Part shown: piece by piece, positions 39,330-49,058 of the stretch
How the letters are laid out: the number at the start of each line of letters is the position of its first letter
How positions within the stretch are numbered: the first letter of the stretch is position 1
NCBI RefSeq assembly: GCF_023150065.1
Contig: NZ_JAKLLN010000003.1
Coordinates: forward strand, 50,142-114,141
Length of the DNA: 64,000 nt
Direction: 5' to 3'
Source: Zoogloea sp.
GTDB taxonomy: Bacteria > Pseudomonadota > Gammaproteobacteria > Burkholderiales > Rhodocyclaceae
Program-made: the position numbers and the translations under genes
The notes under the pieces: generated by a model
The model's database searches: none
What the model was told of the DNA's origin: nothing
Seen by the model: only the letters and a program-made list of their open reading frames with translations

Positions 39330-41063
39330 TTACATGGAATCGGGAGCGGAAACCCCCAGCAGCCGCAGGCCATTGCGGATGACGTGACGCACGGCAGCGG
39401 CCAGGGCCAGGCGGGCAAGCTTGAGGCCTTCATCGTCCACCAGCATGCGCTCGGCGTTGTAGTAGCTATGGAACTCGCCGGCCAGATCCTTGAGGTAGAA
39501 GGCGATCTGGTGCGGCGCGTAATCGGCCGCGGCACTCTGGACGACCTCCGGGAAGGCGGTGAGGCGGGCGCACAGGGCCAGTTCGCGCTCGTTGTCGAGG
39601 CGCGCCAGATCGGCCTCGGCCAGGTCGGCCAGCACGCCGTTCCACTGGTTGAGCACCGAGCACAGGCGGGCGTGGGCGTACTGGATGTAATACACCGGGT
39701 TCTCGTTGCTCTGGCTCTTGGCCAGGTCGAGGTCGAAATCGAGGTGCTGGTCCGCCTTGCGCAGCACGTAGAAGAAGCGGCAGGCGTCGTTGCCGACCTC
39801 CTTGCGCAGCTCGCGCAGGGTCACGAACTCGCCGGAGCGGGTGGACATGGCGGCCTTCTGCCCGTCGCGATACAACACGGCAAACTGCACCAGCGCCACG
39901 TCGAGCTTCCCGGGCGGCAGACCGAGGGCTTCGAGGGCGCCCTTCACGCGGGGGATGTAGCCGTGGTGGTCGGCGCCCCAGATGTCGATGATGCGGTCGA
40001 AACCCCGCTCGTACTTGTTGGCGTGGTAGGCGATGTCGGAGGCGAAATAGGTGAACAGGCCGTTCTCGCGTTGCACGACACGGTCCTTCTCGTCACCGAA
40101 GGCCGTCGAGCGGAACCACTTGGCGCCGTCCTGCACGTAGATGTGCCCGGCGGCTTCGAGGGCGGTGACCGCCTTTTCGACGAGACCGGTATCGAACAGG
40201 GAGCGCTCGGAGAACCACTTGTCGAAAGTGACGCCGAACTCGCCGAGGTCTTCACGACCATCGCCGAGCTGCTCGGTCAGCGCAAAGCCGTGCACCCAGG
40301 CGTAGTCGGAGCCAAGGAGGTTCTTGGCATTGGCGATCAGGGCGTCCAGGTGACCTTCCTTGTCGGCCTCGACGCCCGGTGCACCGGCCAGCACATCGGC
40401 CGCACTGACCTTGGCAAAGCGGTCGGCATGGCCTTCCTTGATCTGGGCGGCCATGTCCTTCACGTAATCGCCCTGGTAGGCGTTGGGCGGGAAGGGAATG
40501 GCGATGCCGAAGAGGTCGAGATAACGCAGCCAGGTGGACAGGGCCAGGATGTCCATCTGCCGGCCGGCGTCATTGATGTAGTACTCGCGGGTCACCTCAA
40601 AGCCGGCAAAGTCGAGCACATCGGACAAGGACGCACCATAGGCAGCGCCGCGCCCGTGGCCGACGTGGAGCGGCCCGGTAGGATTGGCGGAGACGTACTC
40701 CACCTGCACCCGGACGCCCGTCTTGACGCCCCGGCCATAGGCCTCGCCGGCGGCCAGCACGGCGCCGACAACGGCAGTCTTGGCGTCAGCCACCAGGGTG
40801 AAATTGATGAAGCCGGCACCGGCCACTTCGGCCTTGGCAATCAGGCCCGAGGCAGGCAGTTCGGCCAGCAGCAGGTTGGCCAGCTCACGCGGATTGCGCT
40901 TCAGGGGCTTGGCCAGTTGCAGCGCCAGATTGCTTGCGAAGTCTCCGTGCCCGGCCTGCTTCGGACGCTCCAGGTTGATCGGAGTTTCCGCCTGCTCGGG
41001 CGCCACGCTGAGAAGGGCGGCACGGAGGAGGTCGGCAAGCTGGGTCTTGGAATCGGCGCTCAT
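39330..41063 (-). CDS. argS: Arginyl-tRNA synthetase
   Basis: HGDFASN, SANPTGPLHVGHGR, WGADHHGY, MSTRSG, YIQYAHAR. Confidence 0.97.
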   Translation of the reverse strand: MSADSKTQLADLLRAALLSVAPEQAETPINLERPKQAGHGDFASNLALQLAKPLKRNPRELANLLLAELPASGLIAKAEVAGAGFINFTLVADAKTAVVGAVLAAGEAYGRGVKTGVRVQVEYVSANPTGPLHVGHGRGAAYGASLSDVLDFAGFEVTREYYINDAGRQMDILALSTWLRYLDLFGIAIPFPPNAYQGDYVKDMAAQIKEGHADRFAKVSAADVLAGAPGVEADKEGHLDALIANAKNLLGSDYAWVHGFALTEQLGDGREDLGEFGVTFDKWFSERSLFDTGLVEKAVTALEAAGHIYVQDGAKWFRSTAFGDEKDRVVQRENGLFTYFASDIAYHANKYERGFDRIIDIWGADHHGYIPRVKGALEALGLPPGKLDVALVQFAVLYRDGQKAAMSTRSGEFVTLRELRKEVGNDACRFFYVLRKADQHLDFDLDLAKSQSNENPVYYIQYAHARLCSVLNQWNGVLADLAEADLARLDNERELALCARLTAFPEVVQSAAADYAPHQIAFYLKDLAGEFHSYYNAERMLVDDEGLKLARLALAAAVRHVIRNGLRLLGVSAPDSM

Positions 41064-41232
41064 GGGGAATACTGCGACTAAAAGCACAGGATTATAGCCA
41101 AGCGCCGGGCAAACCGGCGGGAAGGCAGGCTTTTGGCCGTAACAAAGTACAACGGACATGACAAAATCAGGTGGCCTGCCCTAATCTACCGACCGTGGAG
41201 CCCCCGGCCACCAACCGAGTCCCGAGCAAACC

Positions 41233-41883
41233 GTGAGCATTCGCCCCCTGCATGCCGTCGCACTTGCCCTAGGCGTCCTGGTCAGCCTGCCGGTCAGCGC
41301 TGAATCCCCGACCCTGCACTGGCCTCTCCCCCTGCCTGCCGGCCACCCCTGGCGCATCGTCGATCTGCGCGAAGGCAACGGCATCCGCCACGAGGAATAC
41401 ATCCCCCGCGGCCAGGGCATCGAAGACTACCGGGACCGCATCGTCGTGCAGCGCATGGCCTCCCAGAACCTCAACCCGGAGACCTACCTGGCCCACGTTT
41501 CGGCCGGCCTGCGCGCCCATTGCAGCGAGCTGACCACCAGTGGCCTGTTCGCCTCCGAACGGGACGGACTCCCGTCTGCAGCCCTGACGGTCTACTGCGC
41601 CCGCTTCGCCTCCCGCAGCTATGGTTACGTGGTGGCCCAGAAGGCCGTCCTCGACGGCGAACACCTGTTCGTGGTCGAACGCGAATGGCGTCTGCCGGCC
41701 TTCAGCATCGACGCCACCGGCCTGCCCCAGTTCGACCCCGGATCCACCGGCGGCGACGAGAACATCGGGAAGGAAATCCGCCTGGCCGTCCGCTGGCTCG
41801 TGGAGCAGGTTCAGCCAGGCACAGAGATCGCCGCCCCTGCCCCCCCACCCCCACCGGCCCCACGCTCCAAGCGCCGCCCCTGA
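41233..41883 (+). CDS. Hypothetical exported protein
   Basis: Signal peptide ending VSA; host-like codon use; no family recognised. Confidence 0.65.
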   Translation: MSIRPLHAVALALGVLVSLPVSAESPTLHWPLPLPAGHPWRIVDLREGNGIRHEEYIPRGQGIEDYRDRIVVQRMASQNLNPETYLAHVSAGLRAHCSELTTSGLFASERDGLPSAALTVYCARFASRSYGYVVAQKAVLDGEHLFVVEREWRLPAFSIDATGLPQFDPGSTGGDENIGKEIRLAVRWLVEQVQPGTEIAAPAPPPPPAPRSKRRP

Positions 41884-41962
41884 GCCCGGGCGCTCCGGCG
41901 CGCCGGCTTTGCGCGCCCTGGCTTTCCGGGCACAATCCGCGTTTTCCTCATCGCCATCTGCC

Positions 41963-43498
41963 GTGCGCCTCTTCCGACTCGTCAAGATCATTTCCGTCAG
42001 CCTGAAATACGGGCTCGACCAGATGATTCTCTCCAACGAGCCGTCCGGCCGGCTGGCCTGGCTGGCGAGGCTGACCCGCTTTCGCCGGACCTTTGACGAG
42101 CCCTCGGGTGCCCGCCTGCGTCAGGCCCTGGAATCCCTCGGCCCGATCTTCGTCAAGTTCGGGCAGATGCTGTCCACCCGCCGCGACCTGCTGCCGCCCG
42201 CCATTGCCGAAGAGCTGGCCCGCCTGCAGGACCGCGTGCCGCCTTTCACCAGCGCCGAGGCCCTGGCCCAGCTTCAGGAAGCCTATGGCAAGCCCGCCGA
42301 CGCGGTATTCGCCCGCTTCGACCGGGAGCCCATCGCCTCGGCCTCCATCGCCCAGGTGCACTTCGCGCAGCTGCCCGACGGCACCGAGGTGGCGGTCAAG
42401 ATCCTGCGCCCGGGCATCGCTCCGGTCATCGCCCACGACCTGGCCCTGCTTGACGTGGCCGCCACGGTGCTCGAGAAACTGTGGCCCGAAGGCCGCCGCC
42501 TGAAGCCCCGGGAAGTGGTGGCCGAGTTCTCCAAGTACCTGCGCGACGAGCTCGATCTGATGCGCGAGGCCGCCAACTGCTCCCAGCTGCGGCGCAACTT
42601 CAAGGACTCCGAGCTGCTGGTGGTCCCCGAGGTGCACTGGGACTTCTGCACCACCAACGTGATGGTGATGGAGCGCATGAAGGGCGTGCCCATCTCCCAG
42701 CTCGATGCCCTCAAGGCCCACGGCATCGATCTCAAGGCCCTGTCCCGGGCCGGCGTGGAGATCTTCTTCACCCAGGTGTTCCGCGACGGCTTCTTCCATG
42801 CCGACATGCACCCCGGCAACATCTTCGTGGCCACCGACGGCCCCACCCGCGGGCGCTACATCGCCCTCGACTTCGGCATCATCGGCAGCCTCAACGACTC
42901 CGACAAGAAATACCTGGCCACCAACTTCCTGGCCTTCTTCCAGCGCGACTACCGGCGCGTGGCCCTGGCCCACATCGAGGCCGGCTGGGTTCCAGCACAC
43001 ACCCGGGTAGACGAGTTCGAGGGCGCCATCCGCGCCGTCTGCGAACCCATCTTCGACCGCCCGCTCAAAGACATCTCCTTCGGCAAGACCCTGCTGCGCC
43101 TGTTCCAGACCGCCCGGCGCTTCGAGATGGAAGTCCAGCCCCAGCTCGTACTGCTGCAAAAAACCCTGCTCAACATCGAGGGCCTCGGCCGCCAGCTGGA
43201 CCCGGACCTCGACCTGTGGAAAACCGCCAAACCCTTCCTCGAACGCTGGATGAACGACCAGATCGGCTGGCGCGCCCTGCTGCGCCACTCCGCCGACGAG
43301 GCACCCGCCTGGGCAGCCACCCTGCCCCAGTTGCCACGCCTGATCCATCAAGCCCTGGCCGCCCCCCGGGACGACGGCACCCGGGCCGAGCTGGCGCGCC
43401 TGGCCACCGAGAGCCGGCGCACCCGGGCCTGGCTGATCGCCTGTGCATTCCTTCTCACCGGCCTCGCGGCACTCGAGGCCTGGCACTGGCTGCACTGA
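41963..43498 (+). CDS. ubiB: Ubiquinone biosynthesis kinase-like protein
   Basis: [34 protein letters not shown]; GTG 41963. Confidence 0.94.
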   Translation: MRLFRLVKIISVSLKYGLDQMILSNEPSGRLAWLARLTRFRRTFDEPSGARLRQALESLGPIFVKFGQMLSTRRDLLPPAIAEELARLQDRVPPFTSAEALAQLQEAYGKPADAVFARFDREPIASASIAQVHFAQLPDGTEVAVKILRPGIAPVIAHDLALLDVAATVLEKLWPEGRRLKPREVVAEFSKYLRDELDLMREAANCSQLRRNFKDSELLVVPEVHWDFCTTNVMVMERMKGVPISQLDALKAHGIDLKALSRAGVEIFFTQVFRDGFFHADMHPGNIFVATDGPTRGRYIALDFGIIGSLNDSDKKYLATNFLAFFQRDYRRVALAHIEAGWVPAHTRVDEFEGAIRAVCEPIFDRPLKDISFGKTLLRLFQTARRFEMEVQPQLVLLQKTLLNIEGLGRQLDPDLDLWKTAKPFLERWMNDQIGWRALLRHSADEAPAWAATLPQLPRLIHQALAAPRDDGTRAELARLATESRRTRAWLIACAFLLTGLAALEAWHWLH

Positions 43499-43576
43499 AC
43501 AAAGGGCGACATCCCCCGCTCCAACGGGCGTAAGGGCGCCACTCCCGGCCCCCCGACCTGTCACCGAAGGAAGATC

Positions 43577-45706
43577 ATGCCCGCCCCGCTCGCGCCCCCC
43601 CGCCCGGTCCGCATCGTCGGCGTGGGCTCCTGCCTCGGCGCCCCCATCTTCGGCCCCGCCGCAGGGCCCCGCGCCCTCAAGGATCTGGGCTTCGACGCCC
43701 AACTGCGCCAACGCGGCATCCCCGCCCGCTGGCAGAAACTGATGGAACCCTCGGCCCCCAAGCCGCCCCAGGCCCCCCTGCAGGAACGCCTCGGCACGGT
43801 GAGCGCCATGCTCCACGACCTGGCCGATGAAGTGGCCGGCATCTGCGAGGACGACGCCATTCCCCTTGTCCTTGGCGGCGATCACGCCATCGGTGCCGGC
43901 ACCTGGCGCGGCGTCGCCCGCGCCCTGGCGCCCCGGGGCAAGCTCGGCCTGATCTGGATCGACGCCCACCTGGACGCCCACACCGACCAGAGCACCCACA
44001 GCGGCAACATCCACGGCATGCCCCTGGCGGCGCTGCTCGGTATTGGTGACGAGAGCCTGACCGGGCTGCCCGGCCCCCACCTCGACCCGGCCCATCTGGC
44101 CATCGTCGGCGCCCGCTCCTGGGAGCCCGAAGAGAAGGCCCTGCTCAACCGGCTGGGCGTGAAGATTTTCACCATGGCCGAGGTGAAGAAACGCGGCCTG
44201 CCGGCGGTCCTGTGCGAGGCCATGAGCATCGCCCGTCAGGGCACCGCCGGCTTCGGCGTGTCGGTGGATCTCGACTCCATGGACTGCGCCGCCCTTCCCG
44301 CCACCACCTGCCTGGTGCCGGACGGGCTCGATCCCCAGACGCTGGTGGACAACCTTCACGGCCTGCGCAGCTGCGCCGACCTGATGGCGCTGGAAATCGT
44401 CGAGTACGTCCCCGAACGCGATCGTGATGGCAGCGGCGCGCGCTGGGTCACCGAACTCGCCGCGGCGGCCCTCGGCCCGACCACCGCCAACCTGCGCCAG
44501 CGCGAAGACACCTTCGGCGCCCACAACTACGCGCCGCTGCCGGTGGTCTTCACCCGCGGCCAGGGCGCCTGGCTGTGGGACGTGGAGGGGCGCCGCTACC
44601 TGGACATGATGAGCGCCTACTCGGCGGTCAGCTTCGGCCACAGCCATCCGCGCCTGGTGCAGGCCCTGGTGGACCAGGCCGGGCGCCTGGCACTCACCTC
44701 CCGCGCCTATTCCAACGACCGCCTGCCCCTGATGCTCGAGCGCCTGTCGGCCCTGCTCGGCTACGACCGGGCCCTGCCCGTGAACACCGGCCTCGAAGCC
44801 GTCGAAACCGCCCTCAAGGCCGCCCGCAAGTGGGCCCACACCATCAAGGGCGTGCCCGACGGCCGGGCCGAAATCATCGTCTGCGACAACAACTTCCACG
44901 GTCGCTCCACCACCATCATCAGCTTCTCCAGCGAGGCCCAGTACCGGGACGGCTTCGGCCCCCTGACCCCCGGCTTCCGCAGCATTCCCTTCGGCGACGC
45001 CGACGCCCTGGCCGCCACCATCACGCCGCACACAGCCGCCTTCCTGTTCGAGCCCATCCAGGGCGAAGGCGGAATCGTCATCCCGCCGCCCGGCTGGCTG
45101 GCCCGCTGTGCCGAGATCTGCCGCGCCAACCGGGTCCTGCTGATCGCCGACGAGGTGCAGACCGGCCTCGGCCGGACTGGCCGGCTGCTCGCCTGCCAGC
45201 ATGAAGACGTGCGCCCCGACGGCGTGATCCTGGGCAAGGCCCTCGGCGGCGGCCTGCTGCCGGTGGCTGCCTTTCTGGCCGACGACCCCCTGATGCAGGT
45301 CTTCCAGCCCGGCGACCACGGCTCGACCTTCGGTGGCAACCCCCTCGCCGGCGCCGTCGCCGCCGAAGCCCTGGCCGTGCTCGCCGAAGACAAACTGGCC
45401 GAACGCTCCGCCACCCTCGGCGCCCGCTTCCTGGCGCGTCTGCAGGCCATCGACAACCCGCTGATCCGCGAAGTCCGCGGACGCGGCCTGATGATCGGCC
45501 TGGAACTCGACACCCGTCGCGTGGCGGCCCGGGTGGCAGCCGAATGGATGCTGGCCCGCGGCCTGATGACCAAGGACACCCACGAGAAGGTGCTGCGTTT
45601 TGCGCCCCCCCTCATCGTCACCGAGGCCGAACTCGAGTGGGCGGCCAGCACCATCGAAGACGCCCTCGCCGACCTCGCCCGTCGCTTCCCCGGAGATACC
45701 CCATGA
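43577..45706 (+). CDS. Arginase - ornithine aminotransferase fusion
   Basis: Arginase GGDH, DAHLD, SGNIHGMP, VDLD, EIVEY; then GAHNYAPLP, MSAYSA, NTGLEAVE, EPIQGEGG, DEVQTG, LGKALGGG, HGSTFGGNP. Confidence 0.92.
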   Translation: MPAPLAPPRPVRIVGVGSCLGAPIFGPAAGPRALKDLGFDAQLRQRGIPARWQKLMEPSAPKPPQAPLQERLGTVSAMLHDLADEVAGICEDDAIPLVLGGDHAIGAGTWRGVARALAPRGKLGLIWIDAHLDAHTDQSTHSGNIHGMPLAALLGIGDESLTGLPGPHLDPAHLAIVGARSWEPEEKALLNRLGVKIFTMAEVKKRGLPAVLCEAMSIARQGTAGFGVSVDLDSMDCAALPATTCLVPDGLDPQTLVDNLHGLRSCADLMALEIVEYVPERDRDGSGARWVTELAAAALGPTTANLRQREDTFGAHNYAPLPVVFTRGQGAWLWDVEGRRYLDMMSAYSAVSFGHSHPRLVQALVDQAGRLALTSRAYSNDRLPLMLERLSALLGYDRALPVNTGLEAVETALKAARKWAHTIKGVPDGRAEIIVCDNNFHGRSTTIISFSSEAQYRDGFGPLTPGFRSIPFGDADALAATITPHTAAFLFEPIQGEGGIVIPPPGWLARCAEICRANRVLLIADEVQTGLGRTGRLLACQHEDVRPDGVILGKALGGGLLPVAAFLADDPLMQVFQPGDHGSTFGGNPLAGAVAAEALAVLAEDKLAERSATLGARFLARLQAIDNPLIREVRGRGLMIGLELDTRRVAARVAAEWMLARGLMTKDTHEKVLRFAPPLIVTEAELEWAASTIEDALADLARRFPGDTP

Positions 45707-46053
45707 CCGACAAACTCGACCGCCTCGTCGCCGAGGCCCGCCGCGCCGCCGACAAGCGCGCCGAAGGCTACCGGGAAAGGGCCCTCAAGCTCTACCCCTG
45801 GATCTGCGGCCGCTGCGCCCGGGAGTTCACCACCACCAACCTGCGCGAACTCACCGTCCATCACCGCGACCACAACCACGACAACAACCCGCCCGACGGC
45901 AGCAACTGGGAGCTCCTGTGCCTCTACTGCCACGACAACGAGCACCAGCGGCAACTGGAAGCCACCCAGGGCCAGGTCGCAGCCAAGCAGCCCGGCAAGG
46001 CCGCCACCCACTCCCCGTTTTCCGGGCTGGGCGCCCTGCTCAAGAAGAACTGA
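45703..46053 (+). CDS. yajD: YajD-family HNH nuclease
   Basis: YRERALKLYPWICGRC, LTVHHRDHNHDNNP..GSNWELLCLYCHDNEH. Confidence 0.9.
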   Translation: MTDKLDRLVAEARRAADKRAEGYRERALKLYPWICGRCAREFTTTNLRELTVHHRDHNHDNNPPDGSNWELLCLYCHDNEHQRQLEATQGQVAAKQPGKAATHSPFSGLGALLKKN

Positions 46054-46293
46054 GCACGCCGGGGCGCCGGTGCGGTGGATATGCCCTGCGCAATGGCAGA
46101 TTCCTGCCCGCAAGCCACCCCATCCCGGTATTCCGGTGCTAAGCTCCCACGCGTGGAAAACATCCCCGCCCAAGGGCCGGAACATTTTCCACATTCAAAC
46201 GGAAAGCCACGGGACACCGCATCGTCATCGATCCGTCCTGCGTGCTCATCGAAAACAGCTCCCTTTTAGAGCGAGCGTTTTGAGAGGGTTGTC

Positions 46294-47052
46294 GTGAATA
46301 AACTTGCAACGTCCGGCATCGCCATTGCTCTTGCCGGCATGATGATCGGCTGCGCTCCGCGCTATGCGGACGTCCCCGCCCCGACCCGCTTCGAAAACTC
46401 GAAGCAGGACAAACTCCAGGCCGCCGAACACTGGCGCAAGATCGCCGATCACTTCGCCAGCCAGCTCGCCACCGACCTGCGCGACAAGCTGGGTGGCCGC
46501 GCCATCCATGTTCCGAATCCGGGCGGCGAACAGGCCTTCGTCGACGGCTTCCGCGAACTGCTGACCACCGCCCTGGTGGCCCAGGGCCTCCCGGTCAGCA
46601 CCGATGCCCGCAATGCCCTGACCGTGGATGTGCGCTACTCCATCTACCGTTTCCGCCCCGACCGGGCCCAGAACACCTACTACTACGGCGATGCCACCGC
46701 CCTGACCGCCGGCCTGTGGGCCATCGGCGCCGTGGCCGCGTCCGACATCTCGCCCAACGCCGGCATCTCGGCGGGGGTCAAGGTGCTGTCCGCAGTCGCA
46801 GGCATCGAGGGTTTTGCCTGGCTGTCCCAGGAAGCCATGGGCCGCGGCCAGTACGCCTCCGGCCCCGTGCCGCGTTCGGAGATCATCCTGACCGCCGCAG
46901 TGGCCGACAACACCCGCCTGGTCAGCCGGCGCACCAACATCTACTACGCCACCGACGAGGACAGCGAGCTGTACTGGCAAAAGCCGGCCCGGGCCGTGAG
47001 CATTCCGGTCATGGGTGACTGTGGCGAGAGGAGCAAGCTATGCGTCCGCTGA
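46294..47052 (+). CDS. Uncharacterised lipoprotein
   Basis: Lipobox MMIGC, SD GAGAGG, overlaps FlgO-family gene. Confidence 0.75.
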   Translation: MNKLATSGIAIALAGMMIGCAPRYADVPAPTRFENSKQDKLQAAEHWRKIADHFASQLATDLRDKLGGRAIHVPNPGGEQAFVDGFRELLTTALVAQGLPVSTDARNALTVDVRYSIYRFRPDRAQNTYYYGDATALTAGLWAIGAVAASDISPNAGISAGVKVLSAVAGIEGFAWLSQEAMGRGQYASGPVPRSEIILTAAVADNTRLVSRRTNIYYATDEDSELYWQKPARAVSIPVMGDCGERSKLCVR

Positions 47053-47624
47053 TGTTTGCCGCACTGGCTGCAGCCGGCCTTGTGCTGAGCGCCTGCGAAA
47101 CCACGCCCAAGCTCAGCCCGCTGAGCGAGCCGACCTACGAGCAGGCCCAGAACAACGCCTTCAACGCCGCCAACTACACTGCCGTCGGCGAGCTGATGAA
47201 GCGCTATCCCGCCGCCCCTGCGGTGTCGAGCAACAACTTCGAGGGCGGAACGGGCGCTCCCTTCATCGTCGCCACCCTGGTCAACATCGATCAGCTCGAG
47301 CAGTCCTCCACCCTGGGGCGCCTGATTTCCGAGCAGGTAGCCTCGCGCATGTCCCAGCTGGGCTACGGCGTGCTTGAGCTCAAGGTGCGCAATGGCGTGT
47401 ACATGAAACGCAACGAAGGCGAGCTGCTGCTGACGCGGGAGATCAAGGAGGTTGCCTCCACCCACAATGCACAGGCCGTCATCGTCGGCACCTATGCCGA
47501 GAGTTCGACGATGGTCCATGTGAATCTCAAGGTGGTGAATCCTTCCACCAGCGTGATCCTCGCCGCCTACGACTACGCGCTGCCGCTGGACAAGCAGATC
47601 CACAGCCTGATCCGCAAACGCTGA
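47040..47624 (+). CDS. FlgO-family lipoprotein
   Basis: Lipobox VLSAC; IVATLVNIDQLEQSSTLGRLISE, ELLLTRE, VIVGTY. Confidence 0.8.
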   Translation: MRPLMFAALAAAGLVLSACETTPKLSPLSEPTYEQAQNNAFNAANYTAVGELMKRYPAAPAVSSNNFEGGTGAPFIVATLVNIDQLEQSSTLGRLISEQVASRMSQLGYGVLELKVRNGVYMKRNEGELLLTREIKEVASTHNAQAVIVGTYAESSTMVHVNLKVVNPSTSVILAAYDYALPLDKQIHSLIRKR

Positions 47625-47657
47625 GCCCGCCGGGTCCTTGCCGGTGCAGCTCACCCG

Positions 47658-47684
47658 AGGGGGCGTCGTAATGGCGCCCCCTTT
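47658..47684 (+). terminator. Terminator after FlgO gene
   Basis: AGGGGGCGTC/GGCGCCCCCT stem then TT. Confidence 0.6.
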
Positions 47685-47795
47685 GCGTTGCCAAACCGGC
47701 CCGGCCGGGTACGGCCGTCGATTCAGCCGCCGGACTTCACCGCAAACACCCGGATCCGGCGTAGCATTCGCCCCCCGCCATTTTCTGCATCATCC

Positions 47796-49058
47796 ATGAG
47801 CACCACCCCCGCCCGCGCCTGCGGTATCGACTTCGGCACGTCCAACTCCACCGTGGGCTGGCTGCGCCCGGGTTCACCCACCCTGCTGACCCTGGAGGCC
47901 GACAAGCCGACCCTGCCCTCCGCGGTGTTCTTCAACGCCGACGAAGAGAGCACCCACTTCGGCCGGGACGCACTTGCGGAGTACCTGGAAGGCTATGAAG
48001 GCCGCCTGATGCGGGCACTGAAGAGCCTGCTCGGCAGCAGCCTGATGGATGGGAGCACCGAGGTGGGCGGCCGCGCACTGCCCTTCAAGGACCTGCTGGC
48101 CAGCTTCATCGGTGAGCTGAAGACCCGCGCCGAAGCCCAGGCCGGGCGCAGTTTCGATCAGGCGGTCTTCGGCCGTCCGGTGCATTTTGTTGACGACAAC
48201 GAGACGGCTGATCGGCGGGCTCAGGACACCCTGGAGGCGATTGCCCGGCAGGTGGGCTTCAAGGACGTCAGTTTCCAGTTTGAACCCATCGGTGCCGCGC
48301 TCCACTATGAGGCCGGCCTCAACCGGGAAGAGCTGGTGCTGATCGCCGACATCGGCGGCGGCACGGCCGACTTCTCGCTGGTGCGCCTGTCTCCCGAACG
48401 GGCTCGGCGGGTGGACCGCCGCGAGGATCTGCTCGGCAACGCCGGCCTCCACGTAGGTGGTACGGATTTCGACCGGGCCCTGAGCCTGGAGTGCGTGATG
48501 CCCCTGCTGGGCTACCGGGGCCTGATGAAGAGCGGCGCGGAAATCCCCTCGAATCTGTTCTTCCAGCTCGCCACCTGGCACACCATCAATTTCGCCTATA
48601 CCCGCCAGGCCTTCGCCGATTTTCAGCACATCTACCGGGATGCGGCAGCCCGCCGGGAGCTGGATCGCCTGGCCCGCCTGATCGGCCAGCGCGAAGGGCA
48701 CTGGCTGGCGCTGCAGGTCGAGCAGGCCAAGATCGACCTGTCCGCCACGGATGACACCCTGCTCCACCTCGACCGGCTGGAAGCGGGGCTCACCCACAGC
48801 ATCACCCGGGACGACTTTACCCTGGCAACCCGCAACCTGGTGGAGCGTGTTGCCGCGACGGTAGGCAGCCTGCTGGACCAGGCCGGGGTGGCGCGGGACC
48901 GGGTGGATACGCTCTATTTCACCGGCGGTGCCAGCGGCGTGCCGCAGCTCCGGGCCCGCATCGCGGCCGAGCTGCCCCAGGCGCGCAGTGTCGAAGGCGA
49001 TCTGTTCGGCAGCATCGGGGCCGGACTGGCCGTGGAAGCCGCCCGCCGCTACGGCTGA
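47796..49058 (+). CDS. yegD: Hsp70-family protein, YegD-like
   Basis: GIDFGTSNS, EPIGAA, DIGGGTADFS, TGG. Confidence 0.88.
   Translation: MSTTPARACGIDFGTSNSTVGWLRPGSPTLLTLEADKPTLPSAVFFNADEESTHFGRDALAEYLEGYEGRLMRALKSLLGSSLMDGSTEVGGRALPFKDLLASFIGELKTRAEAQAGRSFDQAVFGRPVHFVDDNETADRRAQDTLEAIARQVGFKDVSFQFEPIGAALHYEAGLNREELVLIADIGGGTADFSLVRLSPERARRVDRREDLLGNAGLHVGGTDFDRALSLECVMPLLGYRGLMKSGAEIPSNLFFQLATWHTINFAYTRQAFADFQHIYRDAAARRELDRLARLIGQREGHWLALQVEQAKIDLSATDDTLLHLDRLEAGLTHSITRDDFTLATRNLVERVAATVGSLLDQAGVARDRVDTLYFTGGASGVPQLRARIAAELPQARSVEGDLFGSIGAGLAVEAARRYG

Noticed and set aside
41100-41135. c-di-GMP-I riboswitch suggested by GGGCAAACC (also considered near 46190-46225)
   Set aside because: The downstream GGACGCAAAG and second stem are missing.
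41948-45583. 1211-aa minus-strand ORF, and similar long ORFs at 31753-33687, 38598-41081 and 55938-58190
   Set aside because: Antisense shadows of well-supported genes, typical of high-GC codon bias; no motifs.
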